Shown here in pieces: positions 33,784 through 37,416 of a DNA stretch of 37,416 bases. Made by a program: the position numbers and the translations under genes. Origin of the DNA: Octopus bimaculoides (lineage: Eukaryota); contig NC_068997.1 of NCBI RefSeq assembly GCF_001194135.2, forward strand, positions 36,237,394-36,274,809, in the 5' to 3' direction. The notes below the pieces were generated by a model. The model was not told the origin of the DNA and did not search any database. It saw only the letters and a program-made list of their open reading frames with translations. Within the stretch, counting starts at the first letter, position 1, and every line of letters begins with the position of its first letter.

Positions 33784-35059
33784 TTAATAGCTCTTTCAAC
33801 TAAATAGTCAACCTCAACAACTGGTCCCTCAGTTGTATCTATTTATATTAGTTCATTTCTTCCCCACAGTTCTTCATTTAACAATCTCTCACACTAGCTT
33901 TTCCATCCATCTTTCTTCTTGATGACAGAGAGAGCAAGTCTATGCCTAGTATTACATAAAAAATCCTTGCTGATTTAGACATGTGTACTGCATCACTATT
34001 TGGAATATTTCATGCTTCTGATCCTCATTGTGTGGAATATCAGCAAACTTTTTCATTTAAACATCTGACTTTAACTAATATCATATTATTCCTTGATCTC
34101 ATCACTTCCATTCTTTCCAAAAGCCTGTTTCTTTCCTTTTATGATGCTGGCTTCTATACTATTTCACCATCATTTTATCCTCTGCCTGTCTGTGGTTTTG
34201 TCACTGATGTTGCCTTATACTTCTTTGAACTTACATATAAGAGAGACACCTTCCAGCTTCCAACCGTTCCTTCTCCAGTATGTCTTCAGGTCTTTGAACC
34301 CTCTAGCTGCCATCTACAGATCATTCATCGTTTGTTTCTGTCAGCAGGGAAAGACACAACTAGTTGTCTATCCTGTTTCCAGTGAGTAAGAAGTTTATCT
34401 GACTTTCTTCTTTGCTTGAATGGTAATTATCGGGTGGCTGGCTAAAATTTTAAGCTTTACTTTGTAAATGATTAAGTCATTTGTGTCTGGAGTCTTGGTC
34501 CATCTTTCAGTTATGGCCATAGCCTCCAACATTTGAATAACTATCCTGATGCTACCCCACATATGAAATCCTCAATTATAATAGTGCCATTACTGTTGTC
34601 TGTTATCAATGCATTCAGCAATAGCACCAAGCAGAAACTATACTTTTGTTAATCTAGTTGTCCCAACTTTTGCATGAATATATAAATCAGTTGCAGTTGT
34701 TTTCTGGGTATTTATCATGAACACTATAGAAATTCTTTAATCAGGCTGAGAGCTTTTACTATTTAATGTTGGCTTGAAGTGGGTTAATACACCACTTATG
34801 TGCTTAAATTAAATTATATAATAATTGTGAATTTAGACTGATTTCATTTAACAATCCTAACTTTATTTATCAACATATTAATGCGATTTTTGGAATACAA
34901 TTTAACAAAAAGTTCTTAACCAAATCTATTGCATTTTTTTTTCTCAAAGTGAATCTAATTACAAGTAAATTCAACAAAATATAAAATTATTAAAATTTTT
35001 ATATCCAATTTAACGTAGATGTTATGTTAAAACACTAAATACTGAGCTATTTACCTTGA

Positions 35060-35215
35060 GAGGAACTCTCATATGGACACATGGTATACAAAATAATCAT
35101 CTGCTTTGGGCACCAGAACTGCCAGTTTGCATAATTTTGCCCTGCTTGGGTTCTTCAGTGACAGATGTCTGGTAGCGACATAACAGCCAAATCTCATTGT
35201 CAACAATCTTCTATA
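35060..35215 (-). mobile_element. possible Tc1-like transposase fragment
   Basis: RRLLTMRFGCYVATRHLSLKNPSRAK...HVSI*E loosely resembles the Tc1/Tc3 HTH2-to-first-Asp region. Weak. Confidence 0.22.
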
Positions 35216-35489
35216 TTATTAATTAGATATCTAACAATTACTAAAAGTACTAAAAGAAAGCAATTGACCATCTGGAAATATTTTTATAAATTCATTCATG
35301 TTCTAAGAAATTTCCTATAATTTCGATTTCTCAAGTTTATTGAATTTTTTTTAAACTCAAATTTCTTGCATATTTAAATATTCATTGCATTCACCCTGTC
35401 CAATTCTTCACAAATCCAAATATTCATTGCATTCATTGTGGAGTATTCCCTTTTTACTTGCAAAGTCTCACTTTCTCTTTTAATGTTTT

Positions 35490-36632
35490 CATGGATGTGT
35501 AATGTCAGTGTGCATACTCGACAGAGTATAGGTGCTTGAGAGAAAGGTTGGACCTAAGAAGCATCAGTTGTGGTGTGCAAGAGAGACGACTGCGCTGGTA
35601 TGGTCATGTGGTACNNNNNNNNNNNNNNNNNNNNNNNNNNNNNNNNNNNNNNNNNNNNNNNNNNNNNNNNNNNNNNNNNNNNNNNNNNNNNNNNNNNNNN
35701 NNNNNNNNNNNNNNNNNNNNNNNNNNNNNNNNNNNNNNNNNNNNNNNNNNNNNNNNNNNNNNNNNNNNNNNNNNNNNNNNNNNGCTTGAGAGAAAGGTTG
35801 GACCTAAGAAGCATCAGTTGTGGTGTGCAAGAGAGACGACTGCGCTGGTATGGTCATGTGGTACAAATGGATGAGGATAGCTGTGTGAAAAAGTGTCACA
35901 CCCTAGCGGTTGAGGGAAACTGTGGGAGAGGTAGACCCAGAAAGACCTGGGATGAGGTGATGAAGCACGACCTTCGAACATAAAGCCTCACCAACGCAAT
36001 GACTAGTGACCGATACCTTTGGAAATATGCTGTGCTTGAGAAGACCTGGCAGGCCAAGTGAGACCATAACCTGTTGGTGCATGCCAGTGGTGTAACCAGC
36101 CCACTTAGGCATACCTTTCTTTCATTGGACACTAAACCCTGCTTGTGAAGACCTGTTGAGGCAAGTGAAATTAGAATCAAATTCGATGACAGCACCGCAT
36201 GACTGGCATCCGTGCCAGTGGAGTGCTAAGAGCATCATCTGAGCGTGATCATTGCCAGGGCTGCTGTGTGGCCCCCATGCTGGTGGCACGTAAAAAGCAC
36301 CATTCGGGCGTGATCATTACTAACGTCACCTTACTGGCACTTGTGCCAGTGGTACGTGGAAAACAACATTCGAGTGAGGGCATTGCCAGTGCCGCTGGAC
36401 TGGCTCCTGTGCAGGTGACATGTAAAAACACCATTTGAGCATGGCCACTGCCAATACTGCCCGACTGGTCCTCAGAGTGCTTGGCGTTAGGAAGGGCATC
36501 CAGCTGTAGAAACTCTGCCAGATCAGATTGGAGCCTGGTGCAGCCATCTGGCTCACTGGTCCCCAGTCAAACTGTCTAATCCATGCCAGCATGGAAAGCA
36601 GACATTAAACGATGATGATGATGATGATGATT
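35490..36632 (+). mobile_element. RTE LINE 3' end with full 3'UTR and (GAT)n tail
   Basis: LRERLDLRSISCGVQERRLRWYGHVV...GRGRPRKTWDEVMKHDL. UTR modules at 36270-36470 and tail at 36611-36631. Confidence 0.9.
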
Positions 36633-36687
36633 TCAAGTTTTAATTCGCTGTTTGGAAAACCAAACCTAAATTTTTATCTCTACTGTG

Positions 36688-36777
36688 GCTTTGAAACAGC
36701 AACCTGTTCACTGACAAAACTTCATGCTGCATTGCTTTTGTGAAGTTTTGTCAGTGAACAGATCATGGTTTCAAAGC
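36688..36777. other. 90-nt strong hairpin (pre-miRNA-like or transposon palindrome)
   Basis: 36704-36724 and 36741-36761 form a perfect 21-bp stem with a 16-nt loop. Basal 10-bp stem gctttgaaac / gtttcaaagc. Confidence 0.5.
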
Positions 36778-37217
36778 AATGAAAATATTCTGACACAAAT
36801 TAAATTTAAATGTTGAAATGAAACAGTTTTTGTGTGTTCGTGAATGGCTTACAAGCATCTTCCACGCTGCAATTGTTTTTGTTTCAAGCACACGATCTCA
36901 GATCAAGTCACTCGCTATGCAAGTACATTTCCGTAATTTTTAAAAATCAATGTGGATAAATACCAGCAATGACCTTCTCAGGCTCTCCAATATTTTAATT
37001 TCTAAACAGAAACAATCAGAGGCAGAAAGTGGGGTTGCAAAAAATTCATAATTTCTCAAATTTTCGTTTTTATAGCATATAAATGTATTCATAGGGAAAA
37101 AATATTGAAAAACATCAATACATGCGAGAGTAATAAAGAAACAAGGAGAGTTGTCTTTGGATGTGTTGGAAACAACAGCTAAATGGCCCTTAAATCACTC
37201 ACATTTCCCTCTGAAAA

Positions 37218-37416
37218 TCATCATCATCATCATCATCATTTAACGTCCGCTTTCCATGCTAGCATGGGTTGGACGATTTGACTGAGGACTGGTGAAACCG
37301 GATGGCAACACCAGGCTCCAGTCTAATTTGGCAGAGTTTCTACAGCTGGATGCCCTTCCTAACGCCAACCACTCAGAGAGTGTAGTGGGTGCTTTTACGT
37401 GTCACCCGCACGAAAA
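37218..37416 (-). mobile_element. RTE 3' tail/UTR (runs off the window)
   Basis: (cat)n ttaacgtccgctttccatgctagcatgggttggacg...ctacagctggatgcccttcctaacgcc. Confidence 0.85.

Larger units (their letters stand above)
6826..35783. other. seven assembly gaps (N runs)
   Basis: Approximately 6826-6925, 15871-16809, 17976-18483, 19614-19711, 21677-22176, 30896-31102 and 35615-35783. Confidence 0.98.

Noticed and set aside
33981-34560. Possible LINE endonuclease remnant (AITERW...) and 134-aa plus ORF
   Set aside because: Similarity is too weak and stop-ridden to call by eye; needs an HMM search.
35535-35863. Identical ~80-bp blocks on both sides of gap 35615-35783
   Set aside because: Same assembly-overlap signature; the RTE reads continuously once collapsed.
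7940-36480. Repeat-spacer appearance of the RTE UTR modules (CRISPR-like)
   Set aside because: Eukaryotic context, degenerate whole-unit repeats, no unique spacers and no cas genes.

Overview
AT-rich, repeat-dense animal genomic DNA with 7 N-gaps. The SINE and RTE-LINE repertoire looks octopod/cephalopod (inferred from recalled repeat families, not a database hit). The only recognisable host gene is CHMP5/Vps60 (ESCRT-III) on the minus strand: three short coding exons (10256-10302, 4281-4374, 4112-4183) that the ORF track misses. Everything else appears intronic; the intron 5' of exon 3 is over 27 kb. The introns hold decayed transposons: many RTE LINE pieces with (GAT)n tails, a CR1-like LINE, tRNA/CORE-type SINEs, two mariner relics, a DD37D maT element, a piggyBac-type MITE and a Helitron-like end. 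A ~12.4 kb hAT element is bounded by matching TIRs and a perfect 8-bp TSD. It carries nested cargo, including a Merlin/IS1595-like transposase split by a Mutator-like element. The best candidates for something new are a ~130-nt two-hairpin intronic RNA resembling an H/ACA sno/scaRNA (10535-10665, sense to CHMP5) and a 90-nt pre-miRNA-like hairpin (36688-36777). No intact transposase or RT ORF, CRISPR array or rRNA was seen. Repeat boundaries are approximate unless TIR/TSD coordinates are given.
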